NCBI RefSeq assembly: GCF_001194135.2
Contig: NC_069007.1
Location: 9,582,771-9,621,854 of the forward strand
Origin: Octopus bimaculoides
Taxonomy: Eukaryota
Direction: 5' to 3'
Length of the DNA stretch: 39,084 nucleotides
Shown: one piece after another, positions 1 through 11,935 of the stretch
Layout of the letters: each line of letters opens with the position of its first letter
Numbering within the stretch: position 1 is the first letter of the stretch
Position numbers and translations under genes: made by a program
Notes under the pieces: generated by a model
The model's input: the letters and a program-made list of their open reading frames with translations, nothing else
The model's database searches: none
What the model was told of the DNA's origin: nothing

Positions 1-308
1 TTGTGGTGGTGGTGGTGGTAGCAGTGGTTGTGGTGGTGGTGGTGGTGGTGGTGTGGTGGCAGTGATGGTGGTGTTGTTGGTGATGGTGTCGGTGATGGTA
101 GTGGAAGTGGTGATGGTAGTAGTAGTGGTGGTGGTGGTGGTGGTAGGGGTAATGATGATAGTGGAAGTATGTGGTGATGGTAGTGGTGGGGATGGTTGCA
201 ATGGTGGTGTATATAATATAGTTACTGGCTATGATAGTATAGGGTATATAATGATATACAAGTGCACCTGTGTGTACAGTATGTATATATACATATGTAT
301 TTATATAT

Positions 309-480
309 CAGCATCATCATCGTCTTTTAATGCCCACCTTCCATGCTGGCATGGGTTGGACAGTTTGAGAGGAACCTGCCCCAGACTTCTGTGTCTGTTT
401 TGGCATGGTTTTTTTTTAATAACTGGATGTCCTTCCTAACACCAACCACTCCACAGAATGGACAGTACTTTTAATGCGGG
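309..480 (-). mobile_element. 5'-truncated RTE 3'UTR copy
   Basis: catcatcatcg...ttccatgctggcatgggttgga...actggatgtccttcctaac is homologous to 18290-18450. Confidence 0.75.
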
Positions 481-494
481 TGAGGTCAATATAT

Positions 495-666
495 ACTTGC
501 CATTACATTTTTAATCAACCAAATATGAACCATTTTGCTGCACAATGCGTCTCCATCTTTCCTTTAACTTGAAAATACCCTCTTCCCAGAATTGAGGTGG
601 TTTCATGGCAAATAAGTCGAAAGGTAAGCTACTTATAAATCGGCATGAACTTTCCAGACAACCCAA

Positions 667-668
<2 letters not shown>
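495..668 (-). mobile_element. Internally deleted mariner (one TIR plus transposase C-terminus)
   Basis: Minus strand begins TATTGGGTTGTCTGGAAAGTTCATGCCGATTT (mariner-type TIR with TA) and runs into F..KPPQFWEEGIFKLKERWRRIVQQNGSYLVD*, the mariner C-terminal GI..L..RW..V...G.Y motif. Confidence 0.8.
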
Positions 669-699
<31 letters not shown>

Positions 700-1137
700 T
701 ACCAAGGCCATGAGCTGGCAGAATTGTTAGGATGCCAAGTAGAATGCTTAGTGGCATTTCATTTATCTTTATGTGCTGAGTTTAAATTACACTGAGGNNN
801 NNNNNNNNNNNNNNNNNNNNNNNNNNNNNNNNNNNNNNNNNNNNNNNNNNNNNNNNNNNNNNNNNNNNNNNNNNNNNNNNNNNNNNNNNNNNNNNNNNNN
901 NNNNNNNNNNNNNNNNNNNNNNNNNNNNNNNNNNNNNNNNNNNNNNNNNNNNNNNNNNNNNNNNNNNNNNNNNNNNNNNNNNNNNNNNNNNNNNNNNNNN
1001 NNNNNNNNNNNNNNNNNNNNNNNNNNNNNNNNNNNNNNNNNNNNNNNNNNNNNNNNNNNNNNNNNNNNNNNNNNNNNNNNNNNNNNNNNNNNNNNNNNNN
1101 NNNNNNNNNNNNNNNNNNNNNNNNNNNNNNNNNNNNN

Positions 1138-1565
1138 ATGGTGATCTCATATCAAGATAAATAGTGCATGACCTCGCAGGTGGGGCCCAGTTAGAATTTT
1201 CTTCAGGTTGAGTAGCCCATCCCGCTCAAAAGGTCCCTGAATAAGGTTTGTTTAAGGATGTTGAGCAAAACACCAATGTTTCCAAAGGTGAATTATTCAA
1301 ACTCCAAAGAATTCCTCTCAACACATGGCTATGATGCTCCCCCACTACTTCTGCTCATGATCAGAGATGCACATATCGTCAGCCACCAAGGGACATGCTC
1401 AACTGGTTAAGGTCAAACAACTGACAAGCAAATCTGTGGTATTGAGCAGAATATTTGCTGCAGCCCATCTTTTATACCAAGACATAACAATGTACAAGAT
1501 AACAATTCCAATCAGTTTAGATCAGAATCCATGAGAGCCACTGCCTGGTACTGCACCAGGGCATT
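1138..1565. mobile_element. Unclassified interspersed repeat fragment
   Basis: Complex non-coding sequence ending at an (ATT)n run, recalled as a common octopus repeat. No second copy in the window to confirm. Confidence 0.3.
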
Positions 1566-1627
1566 TATTGTTATCATTATTATTATTATTATTATTATTT
1601 ATTATGATTGTTATTGTTATTGTTATT

Positions 1628-1835
1628 AAGGTGGTGAGCCGGTAAAATCACTAGCTCAGTGGCATTTCATCTGACTCTACATTCTGAGTTCAAACACTGC
1701 CAAAGTCCACTTGGTCATTCATTCTATTGGGTTCAATAAAACAAGCACCAGTTGAACTCTGAGGTTGATGTAATCGACTTAACCCCCTCCCCTCGAAATT
1801 TCAGGCCTTATGCCTATACTAGAAAGGATTATTGG
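1628..1835 (+). mobile_element. Meta-like-core SINE
   Basis: ggtggtgagccgg...attctgagttcaaac...cattcattctattgggttcaataaaacaagcaccagttgaactctgaggttgatgtaatcgactt. Other copies: 703-797 (cut by gap), 24525-24620, 29150-29290, 29328-29515, 37660-37875. Confidence 0.7.
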
Positions 1836-1897
1836 CGGCTTAGGTACTCTAGTGTCTTTGTAAGATGTCATGTATGAAAGTGAAAGTGAAACTGGGA

Positions 1898-1916
1898 GTC
1901 CACTAGAGGGCAGCAT
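1898..1916 (+). promoter_or_regulatory. Candidate CTCF binding site
   Basis: GTCCACTAGAGGGCAGCAT matches the CTCF core CCACYAGRKGGCRSY, in a non-repetitive stretch. Motif match only. Confidence 0.4.
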
Positions 1917-2219
1917 TATACCATCTCCATTCAGAATTACGAGTGACATCATCGTTATATATACCTATGTCATTCTAGATGTCACTCTGTCCCCTCGTTG
2001 TTTGTTTCCTTCCACTACAATTGCGAGGGTGTGAGTGTATGATGCTGCCAGTGTGACATGGGACAGGGTTGGGAGGCGGCACGGCCGGGGGGGTGAGGTT
2101 ATGTTAGTTGGTTGAAGGGGGGGGGTGTTGTCGGTGGGATGGGGGATCGGGTTGGGTGGTGATGCTATTCTCGCCTTTTGCTGTCTTTACTGTCTCCTCC
2201 ACTATATCGGGAATGTCTG

Positions 2220-3950
2220 AACACCATTACCACCACCACCAACACCACCACCACCACCACGTCATTACCACCAATACTACCTCCACTGCCCTTCTGTTAC
2301 TACTACTGCTGCTGCTACTACTACTACCACTGCTACTACTACTACTGCTACTACTACTACTGCTACTGCTACTACTGCTACTGCTACTACTGATACTACT
2401 ACTACTACTACTACTACTGCTGCTACTACTGCTGCTACTACTACTGCTACTACTACTGCTACTACTACTACTACTGAAGCTACTACTACTACTACTATTA
2501 CTACTACTTCTACTGCTACTACTGCTACTACTACTACTACTACTACTGCTACTACTACTACTGCTACTACTACTGCTACTACTACTACTACTGAAGCTAC
2601 TACTACTACTGCTACTACTGCTACTGCTACTGCTACTACTGCTACTGCCACTGCTACTACTGCTACTACTACTACTACTGCTACTACTACTACTGNNNNN
2701 NNNNNNNNNNNNNNNNNNNNNNNNNNNNNNNNNNNNNNNNNNNNNNNNNNNNNNNNNNNNNNNNNNNNNNNNNNNNNNNNNNNNNNNNNNNNNNNNNNNN
2801 NNNNNNNNNNNNNNNNNNNNNNNNNNNNNNNNNNNNNNNNNNNNNNNNNNNNNNNNNNNNNNNNNNNNNNNNNNNNNNNNNNNNNNNNNNNNNNNNNNNN
2901 NNNNNNNNNNNNNNNNNNNNNNNNNNNNNNNNNNNNNNNNNNNNNNNNNNNNNNNNNNNNNNNNNNNNNNNNNNNNNNNNNNNNNNNNNNNNNNNNNNNN
3001 NNNNNNNNNNNNNNNNNNNNNNNNNNNNNNNNNNNNNNNNNNNNNNNNNNNNNNNNNNNNNNNNNNNNNNNNNNNNNNNNNNNNNNNNNNNNNNNNNNNN
3101 NNNNNNNNNNNNNNNNNNNNNNNNNNNNNNNNNNNNNNNNNNNNNNNNNNNNNNNNNNNNNNNNNNNNNNNNNNNNNNNNNNNNNNNNNNNNNNNNNNNN
3201 NNNNNNNNNNNNNNNNNNNNNNNNNNNNNNNNNNNNNNNNNNNNNNNNNNNNNNNNNNNNNNNNNNNNNNNNNNNNNNNNNNNNNNNNNNNNNNNNNNNN
3301 NNNNNNNNNNNNNNNNNNNNNNNNNNNNNNNNNNNNNNNNNNNNNNNNNNNNNNNNNNNNNNNNNNNNNNNNNNNNNNNNNNNNNNNNNNNNNNNNNNNN
3401 NNNNNNNNNNNNNNNNNNNNNNNNNNNNNNNNNNNNNNNNNNNNNNNNNNNNNNNNNNNNNNNNNNNNNNNNNNNNNNNNNNNNNNNNNNNNNNNNNNNN
3501 NNNNNNNNNNNNNNNNNNNNNNNNNNNNNNNNNNNNNNNNNNNNNNNNNNNNNNNNNNNNNNNNNNNNNNNNNNNNNNNNNNNNNNNNNNNNNNNNNNNN
3601 NNNNNNNNNNNNNNNNNNNNNNNNNNNNNNNNNNNNNNNNNNNNNNNNNNNNNNNNNNNNNNNNNNNNNNNNCTACTACTACTGCTGCTACTACTACTAC
3701 TACCACTACTACTGCTACTACTACTACTGCTACTACTACTACTGCTACTGCTACTACTACTGCTGCTGCTACTACTACTACTGCTACTACTACTACTACT
3801 ACTACTGCTGCTACTACTACTGCTGCTACTACTACTACTACCACTACTACTGCTACTACTACTACTGCTACTACTACTACTGCTACTACTACTGCTGCTG
3901 CTACTACTACTACTACTACTACTACTGCTATTACTACTACTACACAATCC
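2220..3950. repeat. (CAC)n followed by a long (CTA/CTG)n trinucleotide array spanning a 977-N gap
   Basis: Direct reading of 2220-2695 and 3673-3950. Confidence 0.95.
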
Positions 3951-4083
3951 ACTGTTAACTGCTCTACCATTACTGCCACCACCACCACTACCAGCGCCAT
4001 CACTAATGTTCCTGACACTGGCACTACCGTCACAATTACTGCCACCACCACCAAAACCACTACCGCTGCCACCNNNNNNNNNN

Positions 4084-4200
4084 TATTAGTTTAACGCTGG
4101 GGAATAGAGAAAGTCTTTAACGTTTCGAGCTACACTATTCAACAGAAAGAAACAAGGAGAAAAAAATTTAAATGTCGTGGTCAGCAATCTATCATGGCAT
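4084..4200 (-). mobile_element. PLE-like short element with a degenerate hammerhead fold (family 2)
   Basis: Minus strand 4150-4114: TCTTT-CTGTTGA-ATAGTGTAGCTC-GAAA-CG-TT-AAAGA (stem I TCTTT/AAAGA, palindromic AACGTT stem III, A6 replaced by T). Confidence 0.5.
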
Positions 4201-4263
4201 TCTATATATACTGGGTGAGGCAAAGTAGGTATATAGTTCCTTAATAAGAGAGGGGATGTTTAA

Positions 4264-4802
4264 ATTTTAGCGTTCAGATTACCCTGTCAAATGTTACGAT
4301 GGTGAGGATTCCAGATGATCTGATCAATGGAACTGCCTGCTTGTGAAATTAACATGCAAGTGGCTGAGCACTCCACAGACATGTGTACCCTTAACATAGT
4401 TTTCGGGGAGACTCAGCGTGACACCGAGTATCACAAGGCTGGCCCTTTGAAATACAGACACAACTCATTTTTGCTAGCTGAGTGGACTGAGGCAATGTGA
4501 AATAAAGTGTCTTGCTCAAGGACACAACACATCACCAGGAATTGAACTCACAACCTAGTGACCATGAGCCAAATGCCCTGACCACTAAGCTACGCATCTT
4601 CACTCTATCAAATGTAATGCTTTATTTATCCACATTGCTTTAAATTAATCACATTATCTCATAACTTTGATATTTCAATGATGTGATTGTCTCTTTTTAG
4701 AACGACATTGTAGGGTATGTGCGAGAGGCAAGATGTGGTCAGTTTGAACATAAAACTGGTAGAATATTTTGGCTGGATATGGCCAGTTTAAATACGAAAG
4801 GG
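4264..4802. mobile_element. piggyBac-like MITE (degenerate TTAA|CCCTTT...AAAGGG|TTAA ends) split by a SINE
   Basis: Left ttaa|attttagcgttcag, right aaatacgaaaggg|tcaa. The sequence is continuous across the SINE via a duplicated ac(c/t)ct(g/a)tcaaatgt. Confidence 0.5.
4295..4601 (-). mobile_element. tRNA-derived SINE, CORE-like body with the same 3' tail as 7957-8340
   Basis: Minus strand: gagttcaattcc (B box), gtgtccttgagcaagacact (CORE-like), tail ttcaaagggccagccttg...gtggagtgctcagccacttgcatgttaatttcac; 14-bp TSD-like repeat. Confidence 0.8.
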
Positions 4803-5045
4803 TCAAGGTTGTGAACTGCAGAATTGCTAGCATATATATCTTTTATCTTTTACTTGTTTCAATTCTCAGATGGTGGCCGCAGTGGGACAGAACCATACAG
4901 AACTTTGCGTTGAACATATTAAGCGTACGGCTTACTTTTTTAAAGCCCAGTACTTATTCCATCGGTCTCTTTTGCCAAAATGCTAAGTTACAGAAACATG
5001 AGCATACCAACACAAGTTATCAAATGGTGGTGGAGGTGGTAGTGT

Positions 5046-5100
<55 letters not shown>

Positions 5101-6300
5101 NNNNNNNNNNNNNNNNNNNNNNNNNNNNNNNNNNNNNNNNNNNNNNNNNNNNNNNNNNNNNNNNNNNNNNNNNNNNNNNNNNNNNNNNNNNNNNNNNNNN
5201 NNNNNNNNNNNNNNNNNNNNNNNNNNNNNNNNNNNNNNNNNNNNNNNNNNNNNNNNNNNNNNNNNNNNNNNNNNNNNNNNNNNNNNNNNNNNNNNNNNNN
5301 NNNNNNNNNNNNNNNNNNNNNNNNNNNNNNNNNNNNNNNNNNNNNNNNNNNNNNNNNNNNNNNNNNNNNNNNNNNNNNNNNNNNNNNNNNNNNNNNNNNN
5401 NNNNNNNNNNNNNNNNNNNNNNNNNNNNNNNNNNNNNNNNNNNNNNNNNNNNNNNNNNNNNNNNNNNNNNNNNNNNNNNNNNNNNNNNNNNNNNNNNNNN
5501 NNNNNNNNNNNNNNNNNNNNNNNNNNNNNNNNNNNNNNNNNNNNNNNNNNNNNNNNNNNNNNNNNNNNNNNNNNNNNNNNNNNNNNNNNNNNNNNNNNNN
5601 NNNNNNNNNNNNNNNTATATATATATATATATACATATACATATACACACACACACACACACACAGATGTACATGTACAGAACAGAAACTCATATGTACA
5701 TAATATGGACCAGATTACATGACCATATACATGCTTATATAGAAATAGGCACACACTCACACACACATACACACCCTCACACACTCACTTAGTTAAACAC
5801 TCTCACTCTCACACTCACAAACACACTAACACCTGCTTACACACACATGCACACACTGACACAAACATACCAACACAGGTTGCTAAGTGATGGTGGTGGG
5901 ACAAACACAGACACAAAGACACATACGCACACATGTATACATTCAAGCACACTTTCAATCATTTATATCACACACACACACACACTCATGCTTGTAGTGT
6001 AATTAACACTGTAATTAGTGCTTGTTTCCATAGTTTCAGCTACAGGCTACTTTGGATAATGGTGCGTGTCTATCATCTATATATATGTGTGTGTGTGTCT
6101 ATCATGTGTGTATATGTGTGTGTCTATCGTGTGTGTATGTGTGTATCTGCATGTGTGTAGGTTTGCATCACATGCATTTGTGACTCATCATCAGTACACA
6201 CATGCATAATTATATTCATACATATGCACACACAAACACACATGCGTGCACACACATATGTGCACATGCGCACATACACATATAGACACACACAGACATA

Positions 6301-6333
<33 letters not shown>

Positions 6334-6489
6334 CACACACACACACATTCATGTTAAGCCCTCTCCTAACAAAGTTTGAACTCAAAAAATTTTGGTGAAC
6401 CTTCATATATATATATATATATGTTTATATATACATGCATGCATATATGTGTATGTGTGTATTTATATATATGTATGTATATATATATA

Positions 6490-6940
6490 TGAGAGAATTC
6501 GCGAAAAAGCAACAGATGAAGACAGGTGGTGTAGACAACAAATGGATGTATTAGTATAATGCTTGGGAATAGAGAAAGTCTTTAATGTTTCGAGCCTATG
6601 CTCTTCAACAGAACGGAACACAGAAAGAAATAAGGAGAGATAATAATAATAAAGGTTTTACACAAGTTGAAAAGTTCAAAAACTTCAGACGTTGTGGTGT
6701 ATTGTGGCGATTTCTTATCAGTAGATAGGTACAGCATAATCCGTAGGCAGGGGAGGTGCAACCGGAGAATGCAAAGTTTAGAATAAAAAGTCCAGAATAA
6801 ATAGTCCAGGATGAAAAAAAGTAGAGAGTCCAGAAGTTCGTGTGTGATGAATAGAGACAGGATTAGCTGGTGCGACCCTGTGAGCGTGTGCTATGTATGG
6901 GAGAATTCACGAAAAAACAACAGATGAAGACAAGTGGTAT
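6490..6940 (-). mobile_element. PLE-like element (family 2) with partial direct terminal repeat
   Basis: gagaattc.cgaaaaa.caacagatgaagaca.gtggt occurs at about 6491-6530 and 6900-6938. Minus strand 6616-6579 reads CTGTTGA-A-GAGC ATAG GCTC-GAAA-CA-TT-AAAGA. Homologous to 4084-4200. Confidence 0.5.
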
Positions 6941-7074
6941 ATATGTGTGTGTGTGTATGTATTTATACATACATATCATGGATTTTCTTGTTGATGTCAA
7001 ATGGTTACTCCACATGACTCCATAAGAAGAATAAAGCTGGTTTCCTGGTTTCCATGTCGTATATATTCCCCTCC

Positions 7075-7535
7075 TGGATGGGACACCCGTCCATCATAGG
7101 ATTACTCATTATTGCCAGCTGAGTGGATTGGAACAAAATGAAATGAAGTGTTTTTCTCAAGAATATAATGTATCACCGAGTCTAGGAATTGAAACTAGAA
7201 TCTTATAATCACAAGTCCCACACCTTTACCACCAAAGCATGCGCCCTCATGTGGACATCAGATGATTGTCCTGCAATCTCTTGCAGGACAGGCTGCACCG
7301 ACAGTTTGCTTCTAGTGATCAGATGTTTGTGCTGTACCTGAGTTCACTTCCTCCATCAATCAATGTCACCTGTACAGATGCATCATGTGCCACATGTCAG
7401 ATGTCGAAGTGTTCACAATGAACAGTGAAATGAAGTGTTTTGTTCACAAACATAACATAGTGCCCAGTATGGGAATTGAAACCACAATCTTGTGATTGTG
7501 AAAGCAACACCCAAACCACTGGGTCACGTGCTCTC
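7075..7535 (-). mobile_element. Two diverged partial SINE heads (7075-7245 and 7425-7535) of the 4295-4601 type
   Basis: gccagctgagtggattggaac..tgaaatgaagtgtttttctcaag and gtgaaatgaagtgttttgttcac...gggaattgaaaccacaatc. Confidence 0.6.
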
Positions 7536-7839
7536 AACTCACTCACACACATACACACTCAGTGAGTATATATTTGTGTGTGCATGTATCTTTATTCATT
7601 TATTCAAATACAGTTTCACCGTATAGTAACTCCAATATTCTATTCTGTATAAATTTATCCTGAATTCAAATTGATAAGGTTTTATAAAAATTCACTCAAG
7701 TTTCAGTGGTAGGTTCAGAGTTCAGATGTTACAACATGCTGGTCCAGAGTTGATACTCTCTGGCCATATTTAAGTAACAATATCTACCATGTTATGCTGT
7801 TTGAGTGAGATTTCATTTCATCAAGATAAGAAATTCTTC

Positions 7840-8408
7840 AAACCTATCTGCAATTTGATACCATATTTTCTTTTTTATATTTTCATTGTTGTTCTCTACT
7901 AGATAAAAAGTGCATCTTTGTGAGCCTTTTATATATTGTGTTACTGTTGTAACAATGGAGGTGCAATGGCCCTGTGGTTAGGGCAGCGGACTTGCAGTCA
8001 TAGGATCGCCGTTTCGATTCCCAGACCGGGCGTTGTGAGTGTTTATTGAGCAAAAACACCTAAAGTTCTACGAGGCTCCAGCAGGGGATGGTGGCGAACC
8101 CTGCTGTACTCTTCCACCACAACTTTCTCTCACTCTTACTTCCTGTTTCTGTTGTGCCTGTAATTCAAAGGGTCAAGCCTTGTCACACTGTGTTACGCTG
8201 AATATCCCCGAAAACCATGTTAAGAGTACACGTGTCTGTGGAGTGTTCAGCCACTTGTACGTTAATTTCACGAGCAGGCTGTTCTGTTGATCGGATCAAC
8301 CGGAGCCCTTGTCGTAAGTGACAGAGTGCCAACAACAATGCTGTTGTAACAGCAGACCAACTTATTGATGTATTATCAATTCTGTTAATCTTCTACTGCA
8401 GTAAGCTG

Positions 8409-8443
<35 letters not shown>

Positions 8444-9660
8444 TGGAATCTCTTTAGCATTCATTCCAAATTTGTATGTTAGAATAAGAGTTTATGCATC
8501 ATGGCAAAAGGTTCCTGGGGTGGATTATATTTTTATGTCTGAATTTCAGTACTATTATTTCTTTTCTTTTATATTTATTAAGCATTTTTAAACAATGAAT
8601 AATATTGTTGTTGTTCTCTGCCAAGCAATGAGTACCTCTTTTTGAGCCGTTGATTATATGAAGTTTCTGTTGCAACAACAGATCAATTTATTAATGCATT
8701 ATCAGTTCTGTTATCTTTTAACTGCCCTATATTGTAAGACAGAGAAGTGGAACAGCTTCAACATTCTATATTTCTCTATAAAAACAAGATTTTATCCATC
8801 AAGTCAAAAAAATGTGTGGTTTATATTTTTATATCTGCATTTTGTTACCATAGCTTTGTTTACCTTTTCTTTTTTTTTAATTATTAGACATTTTAGAATG
8901 ATGCATAAATTTCATTGCTGTTCTTTCGAGTCTTTGATATACCAAGTTTCCTTTGCCAAAACAGACCAATTTATTGATGTATCATCAGTTCTGTTACCAT
9001 TCAATACCTGTATGCTGTGAGAAAGTAATGTGGAATATCTTTAGTAATTATTGCAGATTTGTCTTTTAGAATAAGATTTTACCTATCATCATGATAATAC
9101 GTCCCTTGAGGGGTTTATATTTTTATGTCTATGCTTCAATACACTCTCTTCTTTTGTTTTCGTTTCATTTTAAAATGAAGCATAAATTTTCTTATTCTTT
9201 GCCAGACATTGTGTGCATCTTTTTGAGCTGCTGACCTAACAAGTTACTGTAGCAACAACAGACTGATCTATTGATGTATTGTCAACTCTGTTATCCTTCA
9301 ACTGCAATATGTTGTAAGATAGAGATGTGGAATATCTGTAGACATTATTCCACATTTGTCTGTTAGAATGGTATTTTATACTATGACAGAACGTTCCTTA
9401 GGTGGTTTATATTTTCATATCTCTACCTCAATACCACAACTTCTCCCTTTTTCTTTTGTATTTATGAAGCATTTTAAAACCATGCATTAAATCATTGTTG
9501 TTCTCCACCAGGCAATCAGTGCATTTTCTTGAGCCATTAATTATATCAAATTTTTGTTGTGACACTGGACTGACATATTTATGTATCATTAATCCTGCTA
9601 TCCTTCAACTGCAGTATGTAGTGAGATAGAAGAGTGGAGAATTTTTCAAGTTAATTCTGA
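7840..9660. repeat. Old degenerate tandem array, unit about 280-330 bp, at least 4 copies plus partials, interrupted by the 7957 SINE
   Basis: The recurring anchor agac(c/t)(a/g)a.ttattgatgtat..tca.ttctgtta..tt.aactgc....g...ag..gtgga occurs at about 8353, 8680, 8961, 9260 and 9568. Confidence 0.85.
7957..8340 (+). mobile_element. Full-length tRNA-derived SINE (octopus OR/OK-type) with target-site duplication
   Basis: A box TGGCCCTGTGG, B box GTTTCGATTCC, (AAC)n tail, and 11-bp TSD CTGTTGTAACA at 7944-7954 and 8341-8351. Confidence 0.9.
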
Positions 9661-11111
9661 AAGCAGTAGATATCAATAGTATTTAACCTCAATACACCAT
9701 AGTGCATTTGTGAGAAATTCGTTGTTTAATGAGCAGCTTGTGCAGTCGATGCAATTAATTTATTTTTTGTGCTAGCCTAGACATGATCCTTGGTGTACAA
9801 TTAAATCTCTGCTCCTCTGTCAGATATTAGCAATGTTATCCATACAACTATAACTAACTTTTACATTGTTTCTCTTTTTCTTTTTACTCTGTCCTTTAAT
9901 ACAACAGACTTTTAATACATGTAGTTGGTAGGGAAATGTTTTTTATTAATGAAGGCTATGAAACTTTTGGTTATATAGGATGTTACATTCATGTAACCAG
10001 GCGTGTTGATCCGGATAATTTTCATTTCTTTTTAGTTTTTTTCTTTGTTAGATTCCAAGAATCTTTTCTAATTTCTTTCCCCAATGCTCTCTCTTTTTTC
10101 TTCCTTTCTCAAGGCGTCATTTTAATAGCATGCACTATGATTAAATATATATTTACTTTTTTTCTATTCACTATTCTCTTTTTGTGCTTTTTTTTTGTCT
10201 GACTTTTCTTTTTTTTTTTTTTTGCTTTTTTGCAAAGTGGGTGAACTATAATAATGTTTCTGCCTGGATTTTTAAAGATTATCTGAAGATGATTAGAATT
10301 TCTGTCTGTCTGTCTGTCTCTCCTCTCTCTCACTGCTTNNNNNNNNNNNNNNNNNNNNNNNNNNNNNNNNNNNNNNNNNNNNNNNNNNNNNNNNNNNNNN
10401 NNNNNNNNNNNNNNNNNNNNNNNNNNNNNNNNNNNNNNNNNNNNNNNNNNNNNNNNNNNNNNNNNNNNNNNNNNNNNNNNNNNNNNNNNNNNNNNNNNNN
10501 NNNNNNNNNNNNNNNNNNNNNNNNNNNNNNNNNNNNNNNNNNNNNNNNNNNNNNNNNNNNNNNNNNNNNNNNNNNNNNNNNNNNNNNNNNNNNNNNNNNN
10601 NNNNNNNNNNNNNNNNNNNNNNNNNNNNNNNNNNNNNNNNNNNNNNNNNNNNNNNNNNNNNNNNNNNNNNNNNNNNNNNNNNNNNNNNNNNNNNNNNNNN
10701 NNNNNNNNNNNNNNNNNNNNNNNNNNNNNNNNNNNNNNNNNNNNNNNNNNNNNNNNNNNNNNNNNNNNNNNNNNNNNNNNNNNNNNNNNNNNNNNNNNNN
10801 NNNNNNNNNNNNNNNNNNNNNNNNNNNNNNNNNNNNNNNNNNNNNNNNNNNNNNNNNNNNNNNNNNNNNNNNNNNNNNNNNNNNNNNNNNNNNNNNNNNN
10901 NNNNNNNNNNNNNNNNNNNNNNNNNNNNNNNNNNNNNNNNNNNNNNNNNNNNNNNNNNNNNNNNNNNNNNNNNNNNNNNNNNNNNNNNNNNNNNNNNNNN
11001 NNNNNNNNNNNNNNNNNNNNNNNNNNNNNNNNNNNNNNNNNNNTATATATACATATACACATAGATATATTTACATACTTCATATATATACATATATACA
11101 CATATATATAC

Positions 11112-11144
<33 letters not shown>

Positions 11145-11163
11145 CATATATATACATATATAC

Positions 11164-11212
<49 letters not shown>

Positions 11213-11528
11213 CATATATATACACCAACTATATATATATGTATATTATATATGTGTATATAACTATAAATTGTTATACACACACACACACATGTATAGT
11301 AAGGTCTTCATTTGCCTTTCAATAAGAATGGTGTTTGGGGATGTAATTAAGTTCCAAGTAACGTCAAAAGACTCTAAGAAATGTCTGCAAGAAAAGAATA
11401 ACCTACCATTCTACTTTGGAAGATTTGATTACTTGGAAATGTATATAATATCTTAACTCGTCCTCTTGTCTTTTATCTTCCATCTGCATTAAAACACACC
11501 TGTCTATATATCAACTGATCTAACATAT

Positions 11529-11607
11529 ATGAGTGTGTGTGTGTGTGTGCATAGCTGTCTGTTTGTCTCTCCCTCTGTCTGTGTGTGTCTTTCTCTCTCT
11601 CTCTTTA

Positions 11608-11672
<65 letters not shown>

Positions 11673-11719
11673 TTATCTCTCTCTCTCTCTCTCTCTCTTT
11701 ATCTCTCTCTCTCTCTTTA

Positions 11720-11754
<35 letters not shown>

Positions 11755-11863
11755 NNNNNNNNNNNNNNNNNNNNNNNNNNNNNNNNNNNNNNNNNNNNNN
11801 NNNNNNNNNNNNNNNNNNNNNNNNNNNNNNNNNNNNNNNNNNNNNNNNNNNNNNNNNNNNNNN

Positions 11864-11930
<67 letters not shown>
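11529..11930. repeat. (TG)n/(TC)n/(TA)n compound microsatellite
   Basis: Direct reading. Similar (CA)/(TA)/(TG)/(GGT)/(AAC)/(TAG) microsatellites occur throughout, e.g. 1-200, 5045-6480, 11044-11290, 17880-18240, 19545-19735, 21400-21720, 22985-23640, 34400-34756, 34890-35280. Confidence 0.95.

Positions 11931-11935
<5 letters not shown>

Noticed and set aside
1979-2034. Possible micro-exon AG|ATGTC...RCLFPS...|GTGAGT as the missing PTPRN exon
   Set aside because: Lacks the additional cysteines and ends in phase 2, incompatible with the phase-1 start of the large exon.
2108-4072. Long ORFs of poly-L, poly-Y/C, poly-S and poly-V
   Set aside because: Translations of (CTA/CTG)n microsatellite bridged by N-gaps; no unique coding sequence or splice signals.
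7957-8030. tRNA gene
   Set aside because: The A and B boxes belong to a SINE head followed by a 300-nt body, tail and TSD; there is no complete cloverleaf.
9936-10202. ORF containing YIGCYIHV, superficially like the IA-2 GC motif
   Set aside because: No LC...E.C.D pattern, no suitable donor, and T-rich low-complexity continuation.
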